A stretch of 64,000 nt of DNA, taken from Prorocentrum cordatum (lineage: Eukaryota). The DNA is taken from positions 1-64,000 of the forward strand of contig CAUYUJ010000255.1 in the NCBI GenBank assembly GCA_963575745.1, in the 5' to 3' direction. The stretch's first letter is position 1, and every line of letters starts with the position of its first letter. Positions 1 to 10,509 of this stretch are shown piece by piece. Both the position numbers and the translations under genes were made by a program. The notes under the pieces are model-generated. The model had not been told where the DNA came from. It saw nothing but the letters and a program-made list of their open reading frames with translations, and searched no databases.

Positions 1-1684
1 CGGTAAAGACCCTCGCACGGTTGCCCTCCAGTGGGGCAATGACCGCACTTAAATCGACTTCTAGTAGGGACCTGTGGATGAGGGAACTTGGAGGGAGGGT
101 GTCCTGTAACGTCGTTGATGCGTCTTGGGCTTGAACTGGTCCTCCCTCCTCCCCTTCCTCCTCCTCATCCTCCTCCTCCCCCTCCTCCCCCTCCTCCTCC
201 TCCTCCTCCTCGTCCTCCTCCTCCTCCTCCCTCCCTCCCTCCCTCCCTCCCGCCCGCCCTCCCTCCCTCCCCTCCCTCCCACCCTCCCTCCTCCTCCTCC
301 TCCTTCCTCACTCCTCCTCCTCCTCCTCCTCTCGTCCTCCTCCTCCTCCTCCTCCTCCTCCTCCTCCTCCTCCTCCTCCTCCCCCTCTCCTCCAACCTTC
401 CTCCTCCCTCCGCCTCCTTCTCCACCCCTCCTCCTCCTTCTCCTCCTCCTCCTATTCTCCCGCCTCCCTCCGCCACCCCGTTTTCGGGGCTGGGCCTGTA
501 CGGGTGGCTGCTGGACCGTAGTGTCGGGAATCCCGCGCCCCCACCTTTTCCTTGCTTGCCGGCCCTTGTGTTGTGCCTCCGCCTTCCCTCTCTCCCCCTC
601 CTTTTCCCTCCCTCCTCATCTCCTTCCCCTTCTTCCTTGCCAGACGTTTCTGCAATACCGCATGACGTGCCACTGTTTCACCGAGTCACTGTCCGATGCA
701 TGCTCGGCCTCTCCGTGCGCTTCGCGCACTGTGGAGCCGTCCCGCTGGACGGATGTTTGGCCGCCGCTCCGCTCCGCTCCCTCCCTCCTCATCCCCTCTC
801 CTCCCTCCCTCCCTCCTGCTCCTTCCCCCTCCTCCAGCCCATCCTCCCGGGGAGAAGGGGGATCGAGGCTTCTGAACGTCTGCGGCGCCTTTTTCGGGCC
901 AGCCGAGGCGGGGGAACCGACCACGGGGGTGCACCGCAGCCCCGCTCGCGCCCAGATTGCGGGGGGGCCTTTTTGAGCAGAACGGCCGCTTCGGCGCTCC
1001 TGCCGTGCAGACGTGTCTCCGGATCTCCCGATGCAGCTTTACGACCGCCGCGATGCAGATGGCATGGCACGAGGGTCTACCAAAGGGGAGGCCCACAAGG
1101 GCCTGCTCACGAGCCCGCTCTCGCTGGAAATACCAGCTTGGAGAGGTAGACGTGTGCGCCTTCGGAACCCCAAGATCATCGCGATGTGGCACCTGTGGCA
1201 CTTGGACCTCACCAAGGTGAGGCTCACCATAGGTGTATCAGAAGGCGAGGACCTCCCAGGCGCCCAAATTGCAGAATCTCCTCACGACTGTCCAGACGCA
1301 CTCATCTCTAATCTAGTCACATGGCACACTCTTACCTTGAGTCACGTATGCTCAGTCGCACATAGTCAGACACACTCGCACCAAGACCCATGTATATCCA
1401 GGCGCTTATACGCAGATCGATGTGTACTCCGCCGCTAATACGGTGAAGAGAAAACGCTAGAACGTGAACGTACGTATGGGGATGTCCGCATCAATCAAAT
1501 TCTAATGTGTTGTTCCTGTAACTCTCGACCACTGCCCAGGTCAAGTGTTACCATGGTCTGTGCTCTGATAGTGCTACAGGAAAACGAACAACTCCTTCTT
1601 GCCTCATCATCTCATGATGCTAGAAGTCTGGGGAGGACGAAGGAGGATGAAGGGGAACCCTTTGTGCCTCCGGAGGACGTGCCG

Positions 1685-2340
1685 GCCAGGGGTGTATGAC
1701 GGGCTGGTTCGCAACCAGATTGTGCCGACCGCTTAAGCAGAATGGCCAATTGACAATGTGGACGAATCTCTTTTCAGATCTCCTAGATTACGGCGATGTA
1801 GCAGGCATGGCGCTTGGGCCTCCCAGGCAGGGGCGACCAGGGTTGTGTCACTGGTCCGCTCGGACCCAGATTGTGCAGACCTCTCAAATAGAATGGCCGT
1901 TGTGACGCGGTATACGTGTCTTTTGTCAGAACCCAAAATTTACCGCGATGTAGCCGGCATCACACTAGGATGCGCCAGAGAAGAACCGACCAGGGGTGTA
2001 TCACGGGCTGGCTCGCCCCCAGATTGTGCGGGCGTCTCAGAAACACAATTGCCGTTTTGCCCGGGTCGATGCGAGTTTCTCATCAGAAACGCAATGGAGC
2101 AGGCATGGCACTTGGACCACCCAAAGGGGGACCGACCAGGGGGTACCACGGCACGTTCGCGCCTAAATCGGGGGAGTAACTATCGAGTAGAATAGCCGCT
2201 CTGTCGGGGTACAGATGTCTCTCATCAATCGCGATGTTCCAGGCATGGCACATGGACCTCCCAAAGGGGAACCGACCAGGGGTATACACGGACGCGTTCG
2301 CGCCCAGATTGTGTGGATCTTTCAAATGGGATTGCAGCTA
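1685..2340. repeat. Degenerate ~140-150-bp tandem repeat (4-5 units); a related unit lies at ~940-1190
   Basis: Recurring gaccaggggtgtatcacgg...cccagattgtgcgga...cgcgatgt...aggcatggcac near 1685, 1836, 1988, 2135, 2275. Confidence 0.7.
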
Positions 2341-3120
2341 TGTCGGCGTAGAAGTGTTCTTTGTTCACAGCTCCGCTACCAATGCGATGTACTGCAGAAA
2401 GCATGGGGGGGCTGTGGCCTTGCACAGAAATCGCTTTTTAAAAATATCCTTTGGGGGTAACGCGTGTCATCCGAGGGGGAATCGGGGGTAGGCAGGGGGG
2501 ATAACAGAAACGGCGGCCGGTGTGCACCCCCAAAGGCGCGTCCGAAACACCGGCGCAACATAGGTGTGCTTACGACAACACCTGCGTGCACCACATCGTC
2601 TGTGTACACCACGGTGCTTCTGTTCACCCTAGCACCTGCGCACCCCATGACGCCACATCGCCTGTGTACACCGTAGCGCCTCTGTGCAACACCCGTGTGC
2701 GCAACAGTGCCATTGCACGCCACAGTACCTGCGTGCTCTGGACCGTTTTTGTATACCACGGCGCCGGCGCACATCACACCAGCCGTGTGCACCACACCAA
2801 GAGCGCTTCCGCAGCACAGTGCCTGTCGACGCCACAGCACTTGAGTGAAACACCTTGCGTTGTACTGGTGAAGACGAGGACGACGAGAGGGGGAATGCTA
2901 CGACGACGGCGACGCCGACGCCGAAGACGACGACGACAAAGCGACAATGTCTGTGCACCTTCTGGAGCCTCCGGGCCACGTCGGTCTTCGTCGTCGTCGT
3001 CCTCATACTCCTCCTCCTCCTTTTCCTCCTCCTCCCCCCTCTCCTCCTCATTATGAGGGTGCCTAGTCCGATGGAAACTGCAAGTATTCACGCCTGTGGC
3101 CCGTTCCAAAACGTTTGAAT

Positions 3121-3556
3121 GGGCCCTGGGACACACAAATAAATACACACAAATAAAAAGATTCCCCATATTTTCAAATATTTTGTGGGTCTCTGTCTTC
3201 CCCCCCACTTCCCATATTTTCGCATATTTTCTGGGAATCGACGAATCATTCTGTCAGTGTGTTTTTTCCCCTCCTGAACGTTACAGTCTCAAAGGGCAAA
3301 GCCGACCGGGGTCCATCCACAAGCCTCTCCGCGCCAAGCTTGCGAGGACCTTCCAGGTGCCCAAATTGCAACGAATGTCCAGACTTACTCATATAAAGGG
3401 GCCCCAGGACACACAAATAAATACACACAAGTAAAAATATTCCACATATTTTCAAATATTTTCGGGGTTTCTGTCTTCCCCCCCACTTCCCATATTTTCC
3501 CATATTTCGGGGGAATCGAGGATTAATTGTGTCTGTGTGTTTCTTTTCCTCCTGAT
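3121..3556. repeat. Two copies (3121-3279, 3396-3556) of the same ~160-bp dispersed element
   Basis: Shared gggcccc(a/t)ggacacacaaataaatacacacaa...tctgtcttccccccacttcccatatttt...cctcctga. Confidence 0.8.
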
Positions 3557-3751
3557 CGTATTCTGATCCAGTCACTCAGTCTCACCCAGACCAGCAATAT
3601 CCAGCCACACATACTCAGGCACACTTGCACCGAGACCCATTCTCACCCCAGGCACACGTGCACAAACTCACCCATACTCAGCCACACATTGCCAGGCAGT
3701 CTCTTGGGACAATGCTTTGTGCCGTCTTTTCCTCCACCCACGAGGCGGACG

Positions 3752-5360
3752 TCATCGAAGTGTGGTCCTGAACCCGATCCGAGCGCCGTGGAGGCTCCGC
3801 GAACACGAGAAAACATCGGCGGCGGGCGCATAGAGAGGGCTCGTCGGCGTTGCAGAGGCATCGGACACCGATGCGGCTGGACATCGAATCTTCTCCGCCT
3901 CGCGGCAATCGGCATGATCCGGCACGGTTGGAAATGTCTCCGCCACTGATGTGGACTCCTGAGTGGACCCGTGGCTGAGCAGCTCGCCTCCTGGCAAGAC
4001 GGCCTCGACTTTGGAGAACGACGACCGCAACATACCTAAACAAGTGCAAGTCATCAACCGGGCGTGTACATCCGCCAGACGGTCAGCGGGCGTTGCACTA
4101 ATCTTGAGAAACTCCTTACCGCCCAGCGTCGTGAAGAGTACCGAGACGCCATCAAAAGACGCTTGCAGAACCAGTGCCGGCAAAGCCCACGGCGGCAAAG
4201 ACTGTACATACTGGAGGTGGGCCGGACTCGCCTGCAGCCACTCTGCCCAGGTTCTGCAGGAGGGCACCTGGCACTGGCCGTAGAAATTCGCCCCGTGGGC
4301 TACGGCCACGCCGTCGCTCCTGAGCAGGACGGTGTGGCAGCCGCCAGCAGCAACTTCTGTGTAAGTCAGGCCACTCTCGAGACTTGTTATGCAGCACTGG
4401 GCGGCCTGATTCTGGCCAAACGCCACGGCCGTGCCATCGCTCTTGAGCAGAGCGGTGTGGAAATCACCCGCGGCCACCTGCGCGTACGTCACAGCTCCGC
4501 CCGGCGCCGGAATGCTGCACTGGCCCGCGTCGTTCCGGCCACAGGCCACGGCAGCGCCGTCGCTCCTATCGGCGGCCAGCCCGGGGGGGGGGAAGTGAGA
4601 GGGGGCGGGCCTTCTCAGAAGGTTCGGAAGTTCTCGGGCCTTCGGACAAGTTTTCTGAGCCTTCCCCGAAGACACAGAGAACTTCTCAGAAGGCCAGAGG
4701 GCTCCTTAGAAGCTCTGCCGCCTTATGAGAAGGCCTTCTTTGGAGGAGGAGGAGGAGGAGGAGGAGGAGGAGGAGGAGGAGGTACCCATACCTTCTCCTT
4801 CTTACTTCCCCCCCCCGCTCGCCACCGAGCCTGAGCAGGAGGGTGTGCGTGCCGCCAGCGGCAATCTGCGTGTAGGTCAGACCTTCATCCAGCGCTGGGA
4901 TGTCACACTGGCCCCAGCTCCTCGCTCCAACGGCCACTGCCACGCCATCGCTCCTGAGCAGAACGGTGTGGTCTTCGCCCCCAGCGACCTGCGCATAGGT
5001 CAGCCCATGCTGCAGCGCTGGAATGCTGCACTGGCCCAATCCATTCGAGCCGCATGCCACGGCCGCACCATCGCTTCTGAGCAGAACAGTGTGGACGAAA
5101 CCCGCACCAACCTGTATGTACGTTTGACCTTCGTCCAGGATCGGTATGTCGCACTGGCCACAGAAGTTGCCACCGCAAGCCACGGCGGCCCCATCGCTGC
5201 GGAGGAGGACCGTGTGGACAAACCCTGCAGAAACCTGCGTGTAGGTCAAGCCGCCGCCCAACGCCGGAATGTCGCACTGACCCGCGCGGTTTTGGCCGCA
5301 CGCCACTGCCACGCCATCGCTCCTGAGCAACACGCTGTGTTTCTTACCAGCAGCGACCAT
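3752..5360 (-). CDS. RCC1-repeat (RCC1/BLIP-II beta-propeller) protein; exons 5360-4831 and 4565-3752, ~447 aa after splicing
   Basis: About 6-7 RCC1 repeats (YTQVAAGxxHTVLLRSDGxAVACGxNxxGQC). The two ORF halves join in frame (LLLR-SDG) when 4830-4566 is removed. Confidence 0.85.
4566..4830 (-). mobile_element. Introner-like TIR element forming a 265-nt GC-AG intron in the RCC1 gene
   Basis: 3-bp duplication CCT (4565-4567, 4830-4832). Imperfect ~33-bp TIRs: atcggcggccagcc-G10-aagtgaga versus tcttactt-C10-gctcgccaccgag. Minus strand reads AG|GCTCGG...GATAG|G. Confidence 0.8.
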
Positions 5361-5396
5361 CGCCAGGTGGGGCTTGCACGAGATGGCTGGCTAGGC

Positions 5397-5418
5397 CTTG
5401 GTCCAAAATGGATGCGCA
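5397..5418 (-). other. Degenerate DinoSL relic upstream of the RCC1 gene
   Basis: Reverse complement TGCGCATCCATTTTGGACCAAG matches DinoSL at 17/22, in the correct orientation, 36 nt before the ATG at 5360. Confidence 0.7.
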
Positions 5419-5744
5419 CAGTCTTTTGGCGTCTCGGGGGCCGCTTGGGTAGTCTTGGGGCTCTCTTGGGCCGTCTTGGGCCCCTCAGGGGCGTCGCCGA
5501 AGTCTCCTGCGGGGAATGTTGGACCCACGTTGGGCCGCCTCAGGCCCGTCTGGGGCCATCTTTAACCTTTCTGAGGGCCCGGTTGGGGTCTTGGGCCGTC
5601 TTTGGCTCCTCTTGGGCCTTTTGGGGGACGCCCATTGGTCTCCTTTTGGCGGCATGGGGCGAGCTTGGGGGTCGCTTGGGCGGTCTTCGACGCTCTGACA
5701 GCATGAAAGCAAACAGTCTCCAATTCTACCCACACCCCACACGC

Positions 5745-6030
5745 AACAACACACACACACACACAAAGACACACAGGCAGCCCGACACACTGGCACACAG
5801 ACACACAGACACTCAGAAACAAAGACACACACAGACACACAGACACAAAGACACACATACACACCGACACACACACAGACACTCAGACACACGGACACAC
5901 AGACACACAGACACACAGACGCGCAGACACAGACACACAGACACAGACACACAGGCAGACACACAGAGACACAGACACACAGACACAGAGACACAAAGAC
6001 ACATAGGAACACAAACACACACACACACAC
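5745..6030. repeat. (CACAGA)n/(CA)n microsatellite
   Basis: Direct inspection. Confidence 0.9.
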
Positions 6031-7199
6031 CACCACCACCACCCGCTTGCCGGCAGTGAGAAAGCGTGTGGGAAATTTGGCTATCCCTCTCCCTCTTCCC
6101 CCCTCCCCTCGGGACCCGAATCTCGCCTAAGTGGGGCGGGGGGGGCTGAAGGGGAGGAGGGGATACAAACTCGCCAGCGCACAGCTGTGGCACTCGGAGC
6201 CTCTAAATCCACCCTCCGTGGCCGTCGGGACGCCCAATCTACACCTTTCGAGACGGCTCCAGACAAGGGCTCCAACCGGCCAGAGAGGTCGCAAGAACAC
6301 CCAAGATGGCCTCAAGACGGCCCAGTACACCCCAAAAAGGGCTCCAAGCGGGACCCCAGATGTTACAATTATGGATGTTCAAGAAATGATTTGCGTGATT
6401 GCGTGCTTGCGACCCAGCGTTTGAATGATTTTCGCGCGTAAGAAATCCGCCGGCCCTGTCGGCGTGTGTGAGGGGGAGCTTTGGGTCCGTCATCCCCGGG
6501 AGTCCCTAAGACACGATCTTTCATTCGCTTTGCTCTTCCATTCCTGGAGACTCTCCCAAGACCCTCCGTCACGCGCCAAGCTCGTCAACTCGAGGCGGAT
6601 CGAGCCAGGTCGCAGTCGGAGTCGTGCGTGGGTCGACGGGAGACCCGGTCCATTTGATCCCTTCCCCATCTGGGGGCGGGGTCACGGGGGGGCTCCCCGG
6701 GGGTTTCCAGGAGTTTGGTCCCAGGGTGGGGTACACCCTGCGAAATGCTTAAGAAATCATGGGTTAAGAAATTCATAGTCTCAGAACTTGAATAAAAACC
6801 TAAAGTTTCCATTCAAATCTCAGGATTTACATTGAAACATTAAGAATAATCGAGACTCTGGCCGAAAATTTAAGTTTTCTTAAGCATCGCCTAAGGTGTA
6901 GAGGGTCAGAATACACTGTAGGCCAGTCCACAAGAAACCTGCCACAAGAAGCACAGCCCTGGGACCCCGGGACGTCCATTGGTTGTTGGTGTGGGAGCGT
7001 AACGCCTTCCATCGCAAAACCATCGAAACCCACGAAACCCAGGGCACCCTGGAGGCAACCAGGATGTTTCTTGGCATGGGTCTCCACTGTACTGTCCCGC
7101 CCTTCCCTTTTCGGACAACCTTCGAGCAAATGTGACCCGCCTTCGGCAAACCAGATCGAGGATACTTCAAGAGGGATCCAAGAGGGCCCAGAATCACGA

Positions 7200-7730
7200 A
7201 GCTATTGCTCCAAGACGAACAACATGGCTTCTAGGCGACCCAAGACGCCTCCAAGACACGCCTAGAGGGCTCCGAGAGCACTCCCAAGAAGGCCCCCCTT
7301 GGCGACAGTGATTGTATTCCCCCGGGTCTTTTAACGATGTTCACGTTTCTGCCTGTTCGGCTTCCCGACGCTCCCAAATGGCCCAAAAAGGCCGCAAAGA
7401 TCTACCTACGACGGCCTGCGAGGCCGTCAAGAGGGCGCCGAGACGGCCCAAAAGGCCGCCAAGGCATCCCAAGGGGCCTCCAAGACGGCCCCAAGAACGC
7501 CCCAAGAGGGGAACCAGAGGGCGAAAAACACGAACCGACAACGTCGAGCCCACCGCCCTGAGAGACCCCCAGGAGGCTTCCAAGAGGCTCCCAAGAGGCC
7601 CCAAGAGGCCCCCCAAGAGACCCCAGGGAGTCCCACGACGCTCCCAAGAGGCTCCGGAGAGGCTCCCTATCGGCCCCCGACTGCCTCCAGACGCCCCCGA
7701 TAGCCCTCCGAAGAGATCCCCAAAAGCATG
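7200..7730. repeat. CCCAAGA-rich dispersed repeat family; other copies ~38290-38945, ~60600-61110, ~62890-63150, inverted ~5420-5690
   Basis: Arrays of ggcc(c/t)ccaaga(g/c) with shared anchor cggc(t/c)(t/c)(c/t)ccgacgc at ~7358, ~38508, ~60737. Confidence 0.75.
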
Positions 7731-9617
7731 ACAGAGGATTCTGACCCACTACCCTGGCACGGTGGCGGAATGGGCTTTAGGCCGCCAGGTAATCCAAGAG
7801 GGGCCTGAAATCGTCCAAGCTCCCGAAGAGAGCCCCCAGAGGGCCACACACACACAGAATTCCAAGCACCCCCCCAAACAATACCAGGAAACTTTGGTTT
7901 GACACGGTTGCGGGCTGTTTCGGGAACCCTCACGGGCCCTCGGGGCCCCTCTTTGAGACTCTTGGGACTTCCATTTAGCCCAGCGAGAGCTCGAAGTAGG
8001 CTCCAAGAGAACCCGGAGAGAGCTCCAAGATGGTCGCCAGAAGGTTGCCCACAGTATCATACTAAGGCACATTAGTGGGATGGCCGTGGGCCACGAGATA
8101 ATCCAAGAGGGGTCTGGAATCGCCCGAACGCCCCAAGAGCCCCCAGAGGGCCTCCAGATGATTCTCCACGAGACGACCGGGCTCGCCTTCTAGATGGTGG
8201 AGATGGCGCTGCATTGATGCCGACATGGTCCAAGATTCCCTCAACGACGGCGGCGATGACCTGGTCTGACCTAAGATGGCCCCAAAATGACTCCAAGACT
8301 GTTCCAGATGGCAACAAAAGGCTGCCATGAAGCCTGAGGAGGCTACGAGAGCCCCGAAACAGGCTCACAGGAGGTCTCCTCCTCCTCCTCCTCCTTGTTG
8401 TCCGCCTCCTCCTTTCCTCCTTCTCCTCCTCCTGCTTTTCCCCGTCCTCCTCCTCCTCCGCCGCAGCCTCCTCCTCCCCCTTCTGATTCCACCCCGCTTC
8501 CTCCCCCAGCGGCTGCGAGAGCACATGGGCAGATAGCTTGGTCAACCTGTGCCCCTCGTCATACGCTTCTTGGGAGCCACCTGGGGCTTCAAGGGCTCTC
8601 TTCGGGGCGTATGGCCCCAACCTCCCCGAACACATCCGGCTGTCACCTTCATCATGAGGGTCGGTAGCGATAAACCTTCCGCTGTCATTCTTTTTACGAC
8701 TCAACGGGTCTGGGAAGCAGGACCAGCCTCCCTCAGGAGCCCCTCAGCACCGTCCAAACGGTCCCCACCCCCACTCGGCCACGCATCTCAGCCCCACCCC
8801 GCCCCCCAGTTGGGGATAGGCCCCTCCAGGGTCGGCGGCACCAGCCGTAAGACCTTCACAGTACACATGGGTGTATTTAGCGCCGGGGGCCCCGACGACG
8901 TTGGAGGCCGTGGGGCCACCGAGCGGAGTCCTCCGCTTCCGCTCCTCGGCGCCTGGGTCCGGGCAGGCGCCAGCGTCCCTTGCGCGCGCGGTGGGGAGGG
9001 GGCGCCGGCGGCACCAGAGGGAGGAGGGCGTGAGAGGAGGAGGAGGAGGAGGAGGAGGAGGAGGAGGAGGAGGAGGAGGAGGAGAAGGAGGAGGAGGAGG
9101 AGGAGGAGGAGGAATGTGGAGAGCAGAAGGCAGAAAGGGAGGATGCGACGGATGCGGAGAAGAAGGAAAAGGATGAGAGGAGGAGGAGGAGGAGGAGGAG
9201 GAAGAAGGAGGCAGCGGATGAGGAGGAGGAAGAGGAGGAGGAGGAATGTGGAAAGCAGAAGACAGAGAGGGAGGATGCGAAGGATGCGGCGATGAAGGAG
9301 GATGAGGAGGAGGACGACGAGAAGGAGAAGGAGAAGACCTGATCACCACGCATCATGTGAGCGGCTGATGCAGCACGGCCCAGGAAAGCCCCGCCGGCGC
9401 GAGCGTATGTCGCGCCGCAGGTTGGGAAATGCGCTGGGGATACACCATGTCACCATCCCCCCCCCCCCCTCCCCCCGTCGCCGTGCTGAAGCGCCGCGCA
9501 CGGGCGCGGCGCGTCCTACCAAGCGGGGGAGGGGGGGCAGCGGCGGCGCACTTTATGCGCTCTTGATCCGCTCCCCTACGAACTAGCCACCAGCCCAGCC
9601 AGCTCCCCCCCCGCTAC

Positions 9618-9639
9618 TCCGTAGCCATTTTGGCTCAAG
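9618..9639 (+). other. Genomic relic of dinoflagellate spliced leader (DinoSL), perfect copy
   Basis: TCCGTAGCCATTTTGGCTCAAG matches consensus DCCGTAGCCATTTTGGCTCAAG at 22/22, 78 nt upstream of an ATG. Confidence 0.97.
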
Positions 9640-9717
9640 TTCTGTCCTTCGAGCTCCCGACGGCCCTCGCACTCCACGCAGGACCTCCGCTTCGGGGGCA
9701 AAACCACAACCGCCGTC

Positions 9718-10509
9718 ATGCCTCCCAAGCGCGGCGCCAAGGAGTTCAAGTTCCAGGTCCAGCTTGCCGGAGAATGGGCAGACTTCGATGCCAAAGAGGA
9801 CAAGCTGCTGAAGCAAGCCTACCTGTCTGGGTTCCCGAACATGAAGTACCGCTCGCGCGGACAACAGTACGAGGTGGACTTCAGGAACCTCGTGCAGAAG
9901 AACAAGGGCACGGGCAAGACGCGGGACATCCGACCGCCGCACAAGTGGAAGCCGCCCCCCGCGCCGATCATGGAGCCTGGCCCCATGACTTGCATCAAGG
10001 TGCCGCCTGGGGGCCCAGGGACTACGATCCAGGTTCCGCACCCGAAGGACAAGAGCCGGTTCATCAGCGTCTCGGTGCCCGCAAGCGCCCGGCCTGGCCA
10101 GCCCATGATGGTGCCTGTGCCGCCGCTGGAGGAGGTCGAAGAGCCCGCCGTGGTCCCGTCTGCGCCAGCGCCGGCTGCGGCGGCGGCGGCGGCGGCCCCG
10201 CCCGCGGCCGCAGAGAAGCCCGAGAAAAAGGGCTGGAGCACCGGGGCCAAGGTCGCCGCTGGCACGGCTGGCGTGGCCGCGGTGGCTGGCCTGGCCGTGG
10301 GCGGCGTCATCCTCGGGGAGCACATCGTCGAGGAGGGCTGGGACGCCACGATGGAGGACCTGGGCGACTGGGCTGGCGACGCAGGCTCGACCGTCGCGGG
10401 TGTTGCGGAGGATGCCGGGGAGGCTATCGCGGGCGCTGCGGAGGACGTCGTGGACTGGGTGGGCGACGCCGCGGACACCGCCGGCGACTTCATCATGGAC
10501 GTGTTCTGA
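9718..10509 (+). CDS. WWE-domain protein, intronless retrogene (263 aa)
   Basis: WWE-like segment FQVQLAGEWADFD...YEVDFRNLVQKNKGTGKTRDIR; strong GC3 bias; gccgtcATG context; DinoSL upstream; C-terminal hydrophobic and acidic repeat region. Confidence 0.85.
   Translation: MPPKRGAKEFKFQVQLAGEWADFDAKEDKLLKQAYLSGFPNMKYRSRGQQYEVDFRNLVQKNKGTGKTRDIRPPHKWKPPPAPIMEPGPMTCIKVPPGGPGTTIQVPHPKDKSRFISVSVPASARPGQPMMVPVPPLEEVEEPAVVPSAPAPAAAAAAAAPPAAAEKPEKKGWSTGAKVAAGTAGVAAVAGLAVGGVILGEHIVEEGWDATMEDLGDWAGDAGSTVAGVAEDAGEAIAGAAEDVVDWVGDAADTAGDFIMDVF

Noticed and set aside
61..1149. Long Pro/Leu/Ser/Arg/Gly/Glu-rich ORFs here and at ~8500-9350, 30600-31900, 49700-50700, 52000-53100, 56000-58100
   Set aside because: They are translations of (CCT/GGA)n microsatellites, which lack stops in all frames.
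1140..1222. Apparent exon ending in AAG|GTGAG
   Set aside because: The sequence is related to the ~147-bp repeat at 1685-2340, and no partner exons were identified.
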